Assembly: GCA_044433245.1 (NCBI GenBank)
Contig: JAWXTV010000001.1
Location: 1-55,025 of the forward strand
From: Psittacicella sp.
GTDB lineage: Bacteria; Pseudomonadota; Gammaproteobacteria; Enterobacterales; JAWXTV01
Length of the DNA: 55,025 nt
Direction: 5' to 3'
The notes under the pieces: model-generated
What the model was told of the DNA's origin: nothing
Databases searched by the model: none
The model's input: the letters and a program-made list of their open reading frames with translations, nothing else
Shown: one piece after another, positions 13,278 through 23,735 of the stretch
Numbering within the stretch: position 1 is the first letter of the stretch
Layout: every line of letters begins with the position of its first letter
Program-made: the position numbers and the translations under genes

Positions 13278-14392
13278 TGAATTTAAATTTAAAAACAAAA
13301 AAAGAGTATCAAGCTCAATTAGACTTAAAGATTTCGTATATAAAAAATCTATTTAGTGATGTAAAGGTTATAGAAAATTTAGATATCTATACTAGTGAAA
13401 TTAATTATTTTAGAATGCGAGCTGAGTTTCGTATATTTCATGATTATGAAAATAATAAAGTTTATCACTCTATGTTTGATAAAAGTATTAATAAGCTGGT
13501 ATTGGTAGATACTTTCCCAATAGCAAGTAAACTCATAAATTCTTTAATGCAAGAAGTTATGAGTTTTGTAAATAATAATGAAAGTCTATTAAGAGAAAAG
13601 CTATTTCAAGTTGATTACTTAACAACTTTATCTGGAGAGGTTTTAATAACTCTTATTTACCATAAAAAGCTTTCAGAATTATGGATTGATAAAGCAAATT
13701 CTTTAAAAGAGCATTTAATTTATATGGGGTATAATTTAAATATAATAGGTAGAGCTAAAAATACAAAGATCGAGTTAGATAAAGATTATGTTTTAGAAAG
13801 TCTATCTACAGATGATGGAATTTTTAAATATAAGCAGATAGAAAATAGTTTTACTCAGCCTAACGCTTTAGTTAATACTAAGATGATAAACTGGGCTAAA
13901 AATTGTTTAGGCTCTAAAGAAAATAATGATCTTTTAGAGCTATATTGTGGAAATGGTAACTTTACCCTTCCCTTATCCAAGTCTTTTAATAATGTTTTAG
14001 CAACGGAGATTTCATCATCATCTATTAAGTGTGCTGAATTTAATATTTTGCAAAATAATTTATCAAATATAAAAGTTGTTAAGATGTCAGCTGAAGATTT
14101 AATAGATGCCTTTTTAGAAACTAGAGTTTATAGAAGATTAAATGGTCTTGATTTAAAGTCCTATAATTTCTCAACTGTTTTTGTAGATCCTCCAAGAGCT
14201 GGAATAGATTTAAAGACTCTTTCATTTATTAAGCAATATGATTCTATACTTTATATATCTTGTAATCCAAAAACTTTAAGAGAAAATTATGATTTTTTAA
14301 AAGATAAGTTTGAGGTTAAAAAAATAGCAATTTTTGATCAATTTGCTTACTCAGATCATATAGAGGTTGGAATGTATTTATGCAAAAAATAG
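13277..14392 (+). CDS. trmA: tRNA/tmRNA (uracil54-C5)-methyltransferase TrmA
   Basis: 371 aa. YFRMRAEFRI, FQVDYLTTLSGE, ENSFTQPNA, LLELYCGNGNF, VFVDPPRAG, ILYISCNP and FDQFAYSDH are colinear with E. coli TrmA. The start overlaps the dsbA stop (TAATG). Confidence 0.94.
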   Translation: MNLNLKTKKEYQAQLDLKISYIKNLFSDVKVIENLDIYTSEINYFRMRAEFRIFHDYENNKVYHSMFDKSINKLVLVDTFPIASKLINSLMQEVMSFVNNNESLLREKLFQVDYLTTLSGEVLITLIYHKKLSELWIDKANSLKEHLIYMGYNLNIIGRAKNTKIELDKDYVLESLSTDDGIFKYKQIENSFTQPNALVNTKMINWAKNCLGSKENNDLLELYCGNGNFTLPLSKSFNNVLATEISSSSIKCAEFNILQNNLSNIKVVKMSAEDLIDAFLETRVYRRLNGLDLKSYNFSTVFVDPPRAGIDLKTLSFIKQYDSILYISCNPKTLRENYDFLKDKFEVKKIAIFDQFAYSDHIEVGMYLCKK

Positions 14393-15111
14393 CTTTAGAA
14401 GTTGAGGATAAGGAAGTTTATAATTTTTTTAAAGAAAAATTAGAAAGCTTTGAGATTGAAATGGATCAAAACTCTTCAATTATTTTTTGCTATAATAATA
14501 AATTTTTAAGTATTAAAGATAAAGAAAAAGATTTATCATTTTGTGTAGATTTTTCCTCTGTAAAATTGTTAGAAAGGTTTTTTAAGGCTTCTTTAAAAAC
14601 TGAGGAAATTTTAAAAACAGTTAATAAAGATAAAGTGGTCGTAGATGCAACAGCTGGTTTTGGGAGAGATTCTTTTATTTTGTCATCAATTTCTAAAAGA
14701 GTATTTTTAATAGAGAGAAATCCTATAATATATCTTTTGTTGGAGGATGGATTAAATAGGGCTCATGAGAATAATTTTTTACTTAATATGGAGTTATTAC
14801 CAAGAGGTGATATAAATTCTTTGAGTTTAAAGATTCTTGAGATATCTCCTGATATGATTTTTTTAGATCCGATGTACCCTAAAAAAATAAAAAAATCATC
14901 TTCTAAAAAAGAGCTTCAATTTCTTCAAAATATAGTGGGTGAAGATCTTGATTCTAATTACCTTTTAGAAAAAGCATTAGAGTTAAGTCTTGATAGAGTT
15001 GTTGTTAAAAGGCCTAATAGAGCTGATTATTTTAATGGTATTAAGCCAAATTTTGTTTATCAATCTAAAAATCATAGATTTGATGTTTATAAGAATTTTA
15101 AAAATAATTAG
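14380..15111 (+). CDS. rsmJ: 16S rRNA (guanine1516-N2)-methyltransferase RsmJ (YhiQ family)
   Basis: 243 aa. VVDATAGFGRDSFILSS...LIERNPII..LLEDGL and FLDPMYP are characteristic of RsmJ. It overlaps the trmA 3' end by 13 nt. Confidence 0.85.
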   Translation: MQKIALEVEDKEVYNFFKEKLESFEIEMDQNSSIIFCYNNKFLSIKDKEKDLSFCVDFSSVKLLERFFKASLKTEEILKTVNKDKVVVDATAGFGRDSFILSSISKRVFLIERNPIIYLLLEDGLNRAHENNFLLNMELLPRGDINSLSLKILEISPDMIFLDPMYPKKIKKSSSKKELQFLQNIVGEDLDSNYLLEKALELSLDRVVVKRPNRADYFNGIKPNFVYQSKNHRFDVYKNFKNN

Positions 15112-15126
15112 TTTGTAGAAATTTAA

Positions 15127-16803
<1,677 letters not shown>

Positions 16804-16819
16804 AATAACTTAAGTCTAA

Positions 16820-18238
16820 ATGTTTTATATTTATAACATTTTTTTTTATGCGATATTATTTTGGATAGTATCGCATATTTTACTTAAGAATAATTTAACT
16901 CCAATCTCTAAAATTACTTGGGTTGCTTTATTCTTCTTCTTACCATATCCAGCTATTATTATTTATTGGCTTTTTGGAAATGAAAGGCTCTCAAAAAAAG
17001 CTCGCGAATATAAAGCAAGCTTTGAGCATTTAAAAGAAATTTATCCTGATTATTTTTTAAAATCTAAAAAAGATTTTAAGTATTCTAATAGTTTTAACTA
17101 TGCTTCATCCATCAATAACTTTAAACCTTTAGGTGGTAATAAAGTTGAGCTAATTAATCCTCAATCTAAGGCTCAAGAAGATATATTAGATAGTATAAAT
17201 CAAGCATCTAGTAATATTTCTATAACTTACTATATTTGGCTTCCTGATAAAACTGGAATATCCCTTTGCAACTCTTTAATTGAAGCTTCAAAAAGGGGGG
17301 TAAGATGTAGAGTGTTAGTTGATCACATAGGCTCTAAAAAGCTTATTAAAAGCCCTTATTGGAAAGAGATGATTGATGCTGGGATTGAGGCTAAAATAGA
17401 TCTTTACATTAAGTACTTGCCATTAGGTTATTTATTTATATTCTTCTATAGAATTGATATAAGAAATCATCGTAAGCTAGCTTTAATAGATGATAGAACT
17501 GCTTATATAGGAAGTCAAAATTGTGCTGATGATAATTATCAAAATAGCCGTTATGGACCTTGGGAAGATATAGTTGTAAAAATAAATGGACCTTTAGTTC
17601 ATCAACTAAAGATTCTTTTTTTATCAGACTGGGCTCCTGCTGTTGGAGAATTTTTTACCTTTAATGAGTCAAATGATATTTTTTCAGAAAATGCTTTAGC
17701 AGTATCTATAGCAGATGGTCCAACTGAAAGATATGGAGCCTTTTCTCAATTTTTAGTTTGCCTTTTAAATGAGGCAAAGAGTTGCATCACTATTACTACT
17801 CCATATTTTGTGCCAGATAGTAATACTTTAGATAGTTTATGTTCTGCTGCTTTAAGGGGGATTAAAGTAACTTTAATATTGCCACATTTAAATAATTCAA
17901 AAATAGTAAGTTATGCTTCTAAAATAACTTATTTTAATTTATTAAAATCAGGTGTAAAAATTTATGAATATTTACCAGGATTATTGCATAGTAAAACCCT
18001 TCTTATTGATAATAAAAAAGTATGTTTAGGCTCTAGTAATTTAGATCTTAGAAGTTTTAATTTAAATTATGAAAATAATATTCTAGTTGAAGATATAGAT
18101 TTTGCTTTTCAAATAAAATCTAGACAAAATGAATACATAAGAAAATCTATTCCAGTGCTATTAAGTGATGTTGAAAAGATGAGTAGAATTATTAAATTTA
18201 GGAATAATATAGCATCTGTTTTACGTAGCTTAATATAA
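16820..18238 (+). CDS. clsA: cardiolipin synthase A (phospholipase D superfamily)
   Basis: 472 aa with two N-terminal TM helices and two HKD motifs (HRKLALIDDRTAYIGSQN and HSKTLLIDNKKVCLGSSN). Confidence 0.92.
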   Translation: MFYIYNIFFYAILFWIVSHILLKNNLTPISKITWVALFFFLPYPAIIIYWLFGNERLSKKAREYKASFEHLKEIYPDYFLKSKKDFKYSNSFNYASSINNFKPLGGNKVELINPQSKAQEDILDSINQASSNISITYYIWLPDKTGISLCNSLIEASKRGVRCRVLVDHIGSKKLIKSPYWKEMIDAGIEAKIDLYIKYLPLGYLFIFFYRIDIRNHRKLALIDDRTAYIGSQNCADDNYQNSRYGPWEDIVVKINGPLVHQLKILFLSDWAPAVGEFFTFNESNDIFSENALAVSIADGPTERYGAFSQFLVCLLNEAKSCITITTPYFVPDSNTLDSLCSAALRGIKVTLILPHLNNSKIVSYASKITYFNLLKSGVKIYEYLPGLLHSKTLLIDNKKVCLGSSNLDLRSFNLNYENNILVEDIDFAFQIKSRQNEYIRKSIPVLLSDVEKMSRIIKFRNNIASVLRSLI

Positions 18239-18398
18239 GTGATATATCCTTAGTTTAAATATACTCCCTTTTATTAAAAAGTAAATTATTTTAGTTGGTA
18301 ATAATAATTCTTATTTTATATTTTTCTCTGGAATATAGCTATAAATAGGAGTATAAAGAAATTATCTAGTAAAACTTTTTTATGGAATGGAGCTGATA

Positions 18399-20933
18399 AT
18401 GTCTATTAATTTAGTTGATGGTGAAAAATTAGAAAAAATCTCTATAGATTCACTATATGTTGAATTAGAAACTTCAGAAGAAGGGTTAACAACTGATGAA
18501 GCTAATAAAAGAATTAGTGAATTTGGTCTAAATGCTTTAGATGATAAACATGTTTCAAAATTCAGAAAGTTTTTAACATACCTTTGGGGGCCTATTCCTT
18601 GGATGATTGAGATAGCTGTTATTTTATCTTTAGTTGTTCAAAACTGGGCTGATGCTGTTGTTATTTTCTTACTTCTTGTTGTAAATACTATTATAGGCTT
18701 TTGGCAAGAATCAAAAGCTGAAAGCGCTTTAGATGCTTTAAAAGCTGGTTTGGCTCCTAAAGCTAATGTTAAAAGAGATGGAAAATTTAACAAAATAGAT
18801 GCAGTTAATTTAGTTCCTGGAGATATTATACATGTAAGGCTTGGTGATATTTTACCAGCTGATTGTAAACTATTTGAAGGTGAGTATTTAACTGTTGACC
18901 AAGCAGCTTTAACTGGTGAATCTCTTCCTGTTGCAAGAAAAGTTGGGGATGTAGTTTACTCAGGGTCAGTTGTAAAACAAGGTGAAATGAACGCTATAGT
19001 TGTAGCAACTGGAAGTAAAACATTTTTTGGTAAAACAGCAAAACTTGTTTCAAATGCTGGATCTAAATCTCATTTTCAACAAGCTATATTACGTATTGGT
19101 AATTTTTTAATTATATCAGCTTTAGTTCTTGCAGCAATTTTAGTTGCTGTTGAAATATTTAGATTTGTAACATCTACTTCTGGAGTAAGTACTCATGATA
19201 TTGAAAATCTAGCAACCTTTGTTTTAATTCTAGTTGTAGCATCTATACCTGTTGCTATGCCTGCTGTTTTATCTATAACTATGGCTCTTGGAGCTCTTCA
19301 ATTATCTAAACATAAAGCTATAGTATCTAAATTGGATGCTATTGAGGAAGTTGCTGGTATTGATATTTTATGCAGCGATAAAACAGGTACTTTAACTAAA
19401 AATCAATTAACTTTAAATATTCCGGCAGTTGAAGAAGGTTTTACTGAGGAGGATATAGTTTTAATAGCAGCTTTAGCTAGTAATGGTACTAGTAATGATG
19501 CAATAGATGATACTATTATAGCTTCTATTAAAGATAAGACTAAGTATGAAACTTATAAACAAACTCGTTTTATACCTTTTGATCCAATTAGTAAAAGAAC
19601 TGAGTCTGAGCTTATAGCAAAAAATGGTTCTTCATTTAAAGCAACTAAAGGGGCTCCTCAAGTTATAATGGATCTTTGCGGTTTACCTGAAGAAAAAATG
19701 AAAGCTTCACAAGATGTTATAGAATCTTTTGCAAAAAGAGGTTTTAGAACTCTTGGTATAGCAAGAAATATGGGGGATAAGTGGGAATATCTAGGAGCTA
19801 TCCCAATGTATGATCCTCCAAGAGATGATTCAGCTTCTACTATAGCTGAAGCTAATGCTCGTGGAGTTAAAGTTGTTATGGTAACCGGGGATGATACAGC
19901 TATAGCAAAAGATACAGCTTCTCAATTAAATCTTAGTACAAATATAATACCAGCTGCTGATATATTTAAAGAAGGTATGGATGAGTCTAAAGTTTCTACC
20001 GCTATTGAAGAAGCTGGTGGATTTTCAAGAGTATTTCCAGAACATAAATATAAAATAGTAAAAACTCTTCAAGATAAAGGTCATATTATAGGTATGACAG
20101 GTGATGGTGTTAATGATGCTCCGGCTTTGAAGCAAGCTGATGCTGGTATTGCTGTATCTGGCGCTACTGATGCCGCTAGAGCTGCTGCCGCTATTATTCT
20201 TACAAAACCTGGTTTAAATGTAATAATACATGCAATAGAGGCTTCAAGACAAATATTTGCGAGAATGCTTAGCTATACTGTATATCGTATTACTATGACA
20301 TTTGCTTTAATGGTATTTATTGTTTTATCAATGATATTGTTTCCATCTGTTAGAGGTATAGCTGGTTCTTTTGCACCTCTTACAGCAATTATGATAATAC
20401 TTCTTGCTTTATTAAATGATATACCTATTATGACTATAGCTTATGATTCTACAAGTATAAGCAAAACTCCAACTAGATGGGATATGAAACGCACTTTAAG
20501 TGTTTCAACTGTTTTAGGGGCTTTAAGTGTTATTCAAACTCTTGGCTTTATGATTTATATGATCTGTAATATAGGTCATAAAGTATGGGGTATTACAATT
20601 AATGTTAACGATATTCAAACAATGATATTTCTTCAACTTATAATAAGTGGAAGATTAATGTTATTTTTAACTCGTAAATCTAATGCATTCTTTAAAAAAC
20701 CTTTTCCAGCTTGGCAACTTCTTGCAGCTTTGATAGGTACTCAAATTTTTGCAGAACTTATTACAGGTTTTGGTTGGAATGCTATTAGTATTGCAGCTGT
20801 ACCTTGGACATTACATGGGTTTATATGGGTTTATAATATTATTTGGATGATTGCTTTAGATATTATTAAAAACTTAGTTTATAAAGGATTTAATTCTAAA
20901 ATTAAAGAGCAAAAAATAGCTGCTAAAGCTTAA
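18399..20933 (+). CDS. P-type ATPase, subfamily IIIA (plasma-membrane H+-ATPase-like)
   Basis: Conserved blocks are ALTGESLPV, SIPVAMPAVLSITMALGA, CSDKTGTLT, YDPPRDDSA, MVTGDD, VFPEHKYKIV and MTGDGVNDAPALKQADAGIAV. There is no CPx motif and no metal-binding N-terminal domain. The start was chosen at the ATG 6 nt after GGAG; an in-frame ATG at 18387 is the alternative. Confidence 0.85.
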   Translation: MSINLVDGEKLEKISIDSLYVELETSEEGLTTDEANKRISEFGLNALDDKHVSKFRKFLTYLWGPIPWMIEIAVILSLVVQNWADAVVIFLLLVVNTIIGFWQESKAESALDALKAGLAPKANVKRDGKFNKIDAVNLVPGDIIHVRLGDILPADCKLFEGEYLTVDQAALTGESLPVARKVGDVVYSGSVVKQGEMNAIVVATGSKTFFGKTAKLVSNAGSKSHFQQAILRIGNFLIISALVLAAILVAVEIFRFVTSTSGVSTHDIENLATFVLILVVASIPVAMPAVLSITMALGALQLSKHKAIVSKLDAIEEVAGIDILCSDKTGTLTKNQLTLNIPAVEEGFTEEDIVLIAALASNGTSNDAIDDTIIASIKDKTKYETYKQTRFIPFDPISKRTESELIAKNGSSFKATKGAPQVIMDLCGLPEEKMKASQDVIESFAKRGFRTLGIARNMGDKWEYLGAIPMYDPPRDDSASTIAEANARGVKVVMVTGDDTAIAKDTASQLNLSTNIIPAADIFKEGMDESKVSTAIEEAGGFSRVFPEHKYKIVKTLQDKGHIIGMTGDGVNDAPALKQADAGIAVSGATDAARAAAAIILTKPGLNVIIHAIEASRQIFARMLSYTVYRITMTFALMVFIVLSMILFPSVRGIAGSFAPLTAIMIILLALLNDIPIMTIAYDSTSISKTPTRWDMKRTLSVSTVLGALSVIQTLGFMIYMICNIGHKVWGITINVNDIQTMIFLQLIISGRLMLFLTRKSNAFFKKPFPAWQLLAALIGTQIFAELITGFGWNAISIAAVPWTLHGFIWVYNIIWMIALDIIKNLVYKGFNSKIKEQKIAAKA

Positions 20934-20953
20934 GATGGATTAAAGTTTGAATG

Positions 20954-20980
20954 AAAATGGCTAGATATTCTAGCCATTTT
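20954..20980. terminator. bidirectional intrinsic terminator between the convergent ATPase and sensor-kinase genes
   Basis: A perfect 12-bp stem AAAATGGCTAGA / TCTAGCCATTTT with a 3-nt loop. It is followed by a T-rich run on the + strand and flanked by A residues that give a U-run on the - strand. Confidence 0.75.
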
Positions 20981-20981
20981 T

Positions 20982-22397
20982 TTATTTATTTTTTTTTGGA
21001 AGATAACTTTTAAAATTTCTTCTACTTGTTTCAATTTTCTTATCTGCTCTATTAAAATCAATTAAAACTATAAATCCTTTGGGCTTATTATTAGAGAATT
21101 TTATATTAAATTTATGCATATTTGAAATATTTTTTACTATAGCAAGTCCTAGTCCTGTACTATTTTTATTTTGCTGATTAACTCTAAAAAAAGCCATCCC
21201 TATTTTATCTAGATCTTTTTCTGGAACACCAATTCCTGTATCCTTAATGATAAATTTATCTTTATCTAAAAACAGATCTATTGTTGCCTTTTCTGGACTA
21301 TATTTAATAGAATTTGAGATAAGATTTGTAAAAATCATTTTTATCCACTCTGGGTTACCAAGAATATAAATATTGGGAGATATATCAATTTTTAGGTGGA
21401 TTTTTTTAAGAGTTATAAAATAATCAAACTCTTCTAGAGTTGATAATAATATTTGAGATATATTAATTTCTTGAGCAGCAAAAGTATTTTTTAAAGAGTG
21501 CTCTATTCTTGTAAGAATTAAGAGATTTTCAACTAATTCAGTTGTTTTATTTACCCCCTCTATTACTTTATCTAAAGAGCTTTCTATAGCGTTAGAGTCT
21601 AGGCTCATTAAGCTCATTTTAGCTACTTCAGCTTGAATTTTAAGACCAGTTAGAGGGGTTTTTAATTCATGAGCAGCATAGGAAGTAAAAGATCTTTCCC
21701 TCTCGATTAAAGTATTTGCCCTTTGGGTAAAGTAATTTAATCCATCGATTAAAGGGGTTATTTCAGATGGAATATTTTTTGTATCTATAAGTGTTATATC
21801 ATTTAAATCTTGATTTTTTATAGATTTTGAAATATTTTTTATCCTTTTAAAGCTTATATTTAGAATAATATTTATTATTATAATAATGAAAAATAAAGTT
21901 AAAAATATAAAATAAGTTCCTATTAAAATAGCTTTATTAATTTTTTGATTTCTATAACTTATAGGTTGAAGAACAATAATATTTAGTTTATTTGGTGTTG
22001 GTAGGTAGAAGCATTTCCAAGTAGTATTATTAATTTTGCAAGTAAAAAAATTATTAGTTATTTTTGTTGGTAAATTAAATTTTATACTTGATTGAAATGA
22101 TGAAAATATTATTTTTCCTTTGTTTAGTATTAAAAATTGAATTTCTAAATCACTCTCAAGATTAGATATTATAATAGGTTGAATTGTTTTAGCTGTAGAT
22201 TTGTAAGTTGAGGTAAATAAATTTGGGTTTATAAGTATTAATTGATGAGCAAATATTTCTTGCTCAATATTCATGAGAGAGTCTATTTGTTTTGAAGCAT
22301 ATGTATAGGAGTTTATAGATATAATGGCCCCAAATACTACTATAATTAGTGAAATAGCAATAAGAAGTCTATTTTTTAAGCTTTGGAATTTTAGCAT
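20982..22397 (-). CDS. two-component sensor histidine kinase (QseC/PmrB-like)
   Basis: 471 aa with two TM segments flanking a ~125-aa periplasmic domain. It has H-box AAHELKTPLT, N-box LISNSIKYSP, G1 DTGIGV and G2 GLGLAIV. It lies 15 nt downstream of the response regulator. Confidence 0.88.
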   Translation of the reverse strand: MLKFQSLKNRLLIAISLIIVVFGAIISINSYTYASKQIDSLMNIEQEIFAHQLILINPNLFTSTYKSTAKTIQPIIISNLESDLEIQFLILNKGKIIFSSFQSSIKFNLPTKITNNFFTCKINNTTWKCFYLPTPNKLNIIVLQPISYRNQKINKAILIGTYFIFLTLFFIIIIINIILNISFKRIKNISKSIKNQDLNDITLIDTKNIPSEITPLIDGLNYFTQRANTLIERERSFTSYAAHELKTPLTGLKIQAEVAKMSLMSLDSNAIESSLDKVIEGVNKTTELVENLLILTRIEHSLKNTFAAQEINISQILLSTLEEFDYFITLKKIHLKIDISPNIYILGNPEWIKMIFTNLISNSIKYSPEKATIDLFLDKDKFIIKDTGIGVPEKDLDKIGMAFFRVNQQNKNSTGLGLAIVKNISNMHKFNIKFSNNKPKGFIVLIDFNRADKKIETSRRNFKSYLPKKNK

Positions 22398-22412
22398 AAT
22401 TATATTATCTAT

Positions 22413-23069
22413 TTATTTTTTTAGTCTATATCCTTGGGCATATATAGTTTCTATTATACCTTTACCTATTTTTTTTCTGATATTATGCATATGAACATCA
22501 ATGCTTGATCCAGCTAAATCATAATCCCAATTATAAATTTTATTTTCTATGTAAGATTTAGATAGAATTTGATCTTGATGGGTAAGAAATAGTTTTATTA
22601 TCTTATATTCATGAGATGTTAGTTTAATCTCTTGATTATCTTTTGTAACTTTTTGAAAGTTGCTATCTAATTCAATATTTTTATATTTTATAATAGGATT
22701 TTTAACTTCAGCACTTCTTCTTGATATAGCTTGAAGTCTTGCATATAACTCCATAACAGAAAAAGGTTTGGGTAAGTAGTCATCAGCACCATTTTGAAGA
22801 CCTTCTATTCTTTCTTCTGTAGTTCCTTTAGCTGTTAGAATAAGTACAGGAGTTTTTAGACCATTTTTTCTCCAAGATTTTAATACGCTCATCCCATCTT
22901 TTCTAGGAAGTCCAAGATCTAAAATTATGGCATCATATATAGCATCATAAGCAGCATTTTCTCCAATTACTCCATCTTGAAACCAATCTACAGTGCATTT
23001 TAATTGAGTAAAAGCTGTTTTTATTCCATCACCAATTAAATAATTATCCTCTATTATTAAGATTTTCAT
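22413..23069 (-). CDS. OmpR-family response regulator (QseB/BasR-like)
   Basis: 218 aa. The receiver domain MKILIIEDNYLIGDGIKT...DAIILDLGLP...VLILTA...GADDYLPKPF is very close to E. coli QseB. A winged-helix C-terminus (YAQGYRL) is present. Confidence 0.9.
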   Translation of the reverse strand: MKILIIEDNYLIGDGIKTAFTQLKCTVDWFQDGVIGENAAYDAIYDAIILDLGLPRKDGMSVLKSWRKNGLKTPVLILTAKGTTEERIEGLQNGADDYLPKPFSVMELYARLQAISRRSAEVKNPIIKYKNIELDSNFQKVTKDNQEIKLTSHEYKIIKLFLTHQDQILSKSYIENKIYNWDYDLAGSSIDVHMHNIRKKIGKGIIETIYAQGYRLKK

Positions 23070-23081
23070 ATATTTTATCCT

Positions 23082-23504
23082 TTAAAGTATATTTCCATTT
23101 TCATCAATAATGATTTCATCTTGATTATTTATAAACTCTTTTTTAGGTATTTTATTAACAAGTTCTAAAACTTTTTTTGACGGTCTACATATTAAGATCC
23201 CTTTATGAGTTTTAATAATAGGTCTGCTCATAATTATAGGGTAGTTTACTATATATTTTATAATTTGCTCATCACTAAGATTAGAATTAATTAGTTGAGC
23301 TGTATTAGATCCCGGAAGAATTAATTCTTTCGGTGAGATATTTAACTCTTTTAATAATTCTTTTATAGTATTTTCATTTAATATAGATGTTTTCATATAT
23401 TCTATAATCTCAATATCCATATTACAGTGTTTTAATAGAGCTAGAGCATTTACAGAGGTTGGACATCTACTATAGTGATATATAATTGCTTTTTCTTTTT
23501 TCAT
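23082..23504 (-). CDS. arsC: glutaredoxin-type arsenate reductase family protein (ArsC/YfgD)
   Basis: IIYHYSRCPTS (catalytic Cys context), PIIMSRPII, ICRPS and the C-terminal tail EFINNQDEIIIDENGNIL are colinear with E. coli ArsC. The start was moved to MKKEKAIIYH; the track's extra 17 codons run into a hairpin. Confidence 0.8.
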   Translation of the reverse strand: MKKEKAIIYHYSRCPTSVNALALLKHCNMDIEIIEYMKTSILNENTIKELLKELNISPKELILPGSNTAQLINSNLSDEQIIKYIVNYPIIMSRPIIKTHKGILICRPSKKVLELVNKIPKKEFINNQDEIIIDENGNIL

Positions 23505-23544
23505 TTTAATATTTTTGAAATTAATAATAAGAATGGTTATATAT

Positions 23545-23590
23545 AAAAAATCCAATTAATAGGTATTTAACCTAATTAACTGGATTTTTT
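23545..23590 (-). terminator. long imperfect hairpin flanked by A6/T6; probable intrinsic terminator of plsB
   Basis: AAAAAATCCAATTAATAGGT / ACCTAATTAACTGGATTTTTT forms a ~20-bp stem with one mismatch, one bulge and loop ATTTA. A U-run follows on either strand. Confidence 0.6.
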
Positions 23591-23630
23591 ATGGTAATTT
23601 ACTTGTGCGGTAAGGAGGTAAGTAAATTTT

Positions 23631-23663
<33 letters not shown>

Positions 23664-23735
23664 TTATTTAACTATATTTATTTAAACATTATTTATTTAA
23701 TTAATTCTTAAGAAAATCACTTACTTCTTAATATT

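Noticed and set aside
18387-20933. Annotation of the P-type ATPase as the Mg2+ importer MgtA/MgtB, the usual bacterial P3 member.
   Set aside because: The motif context around the phosphorylation site, TM4 (IPVAMPAVLSITMALG) and the hinge follows P3A H+-ATPases far more closely than the E. coli MgtA sequence as I recall it. This still needs an HMM and phylogenetic check.
23505-23555. N-terminal extensions in the ORF track. They affect arsC-like (to 23555), pyrG (15133), mutM (to 42423), trmL (42338), rluA (GTG 29019), hslO (TTG 34626), rpmE (GTG 37712) and possibly the ATPase (18387).
   Set aside because: Homology to well-known N-termini ([36 protein letters not shown] and others) and Shine-Dalgarno spacing favour the internal ATGs. 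Several extensions run through terminator hairpins or overlap the divergent neighbour.
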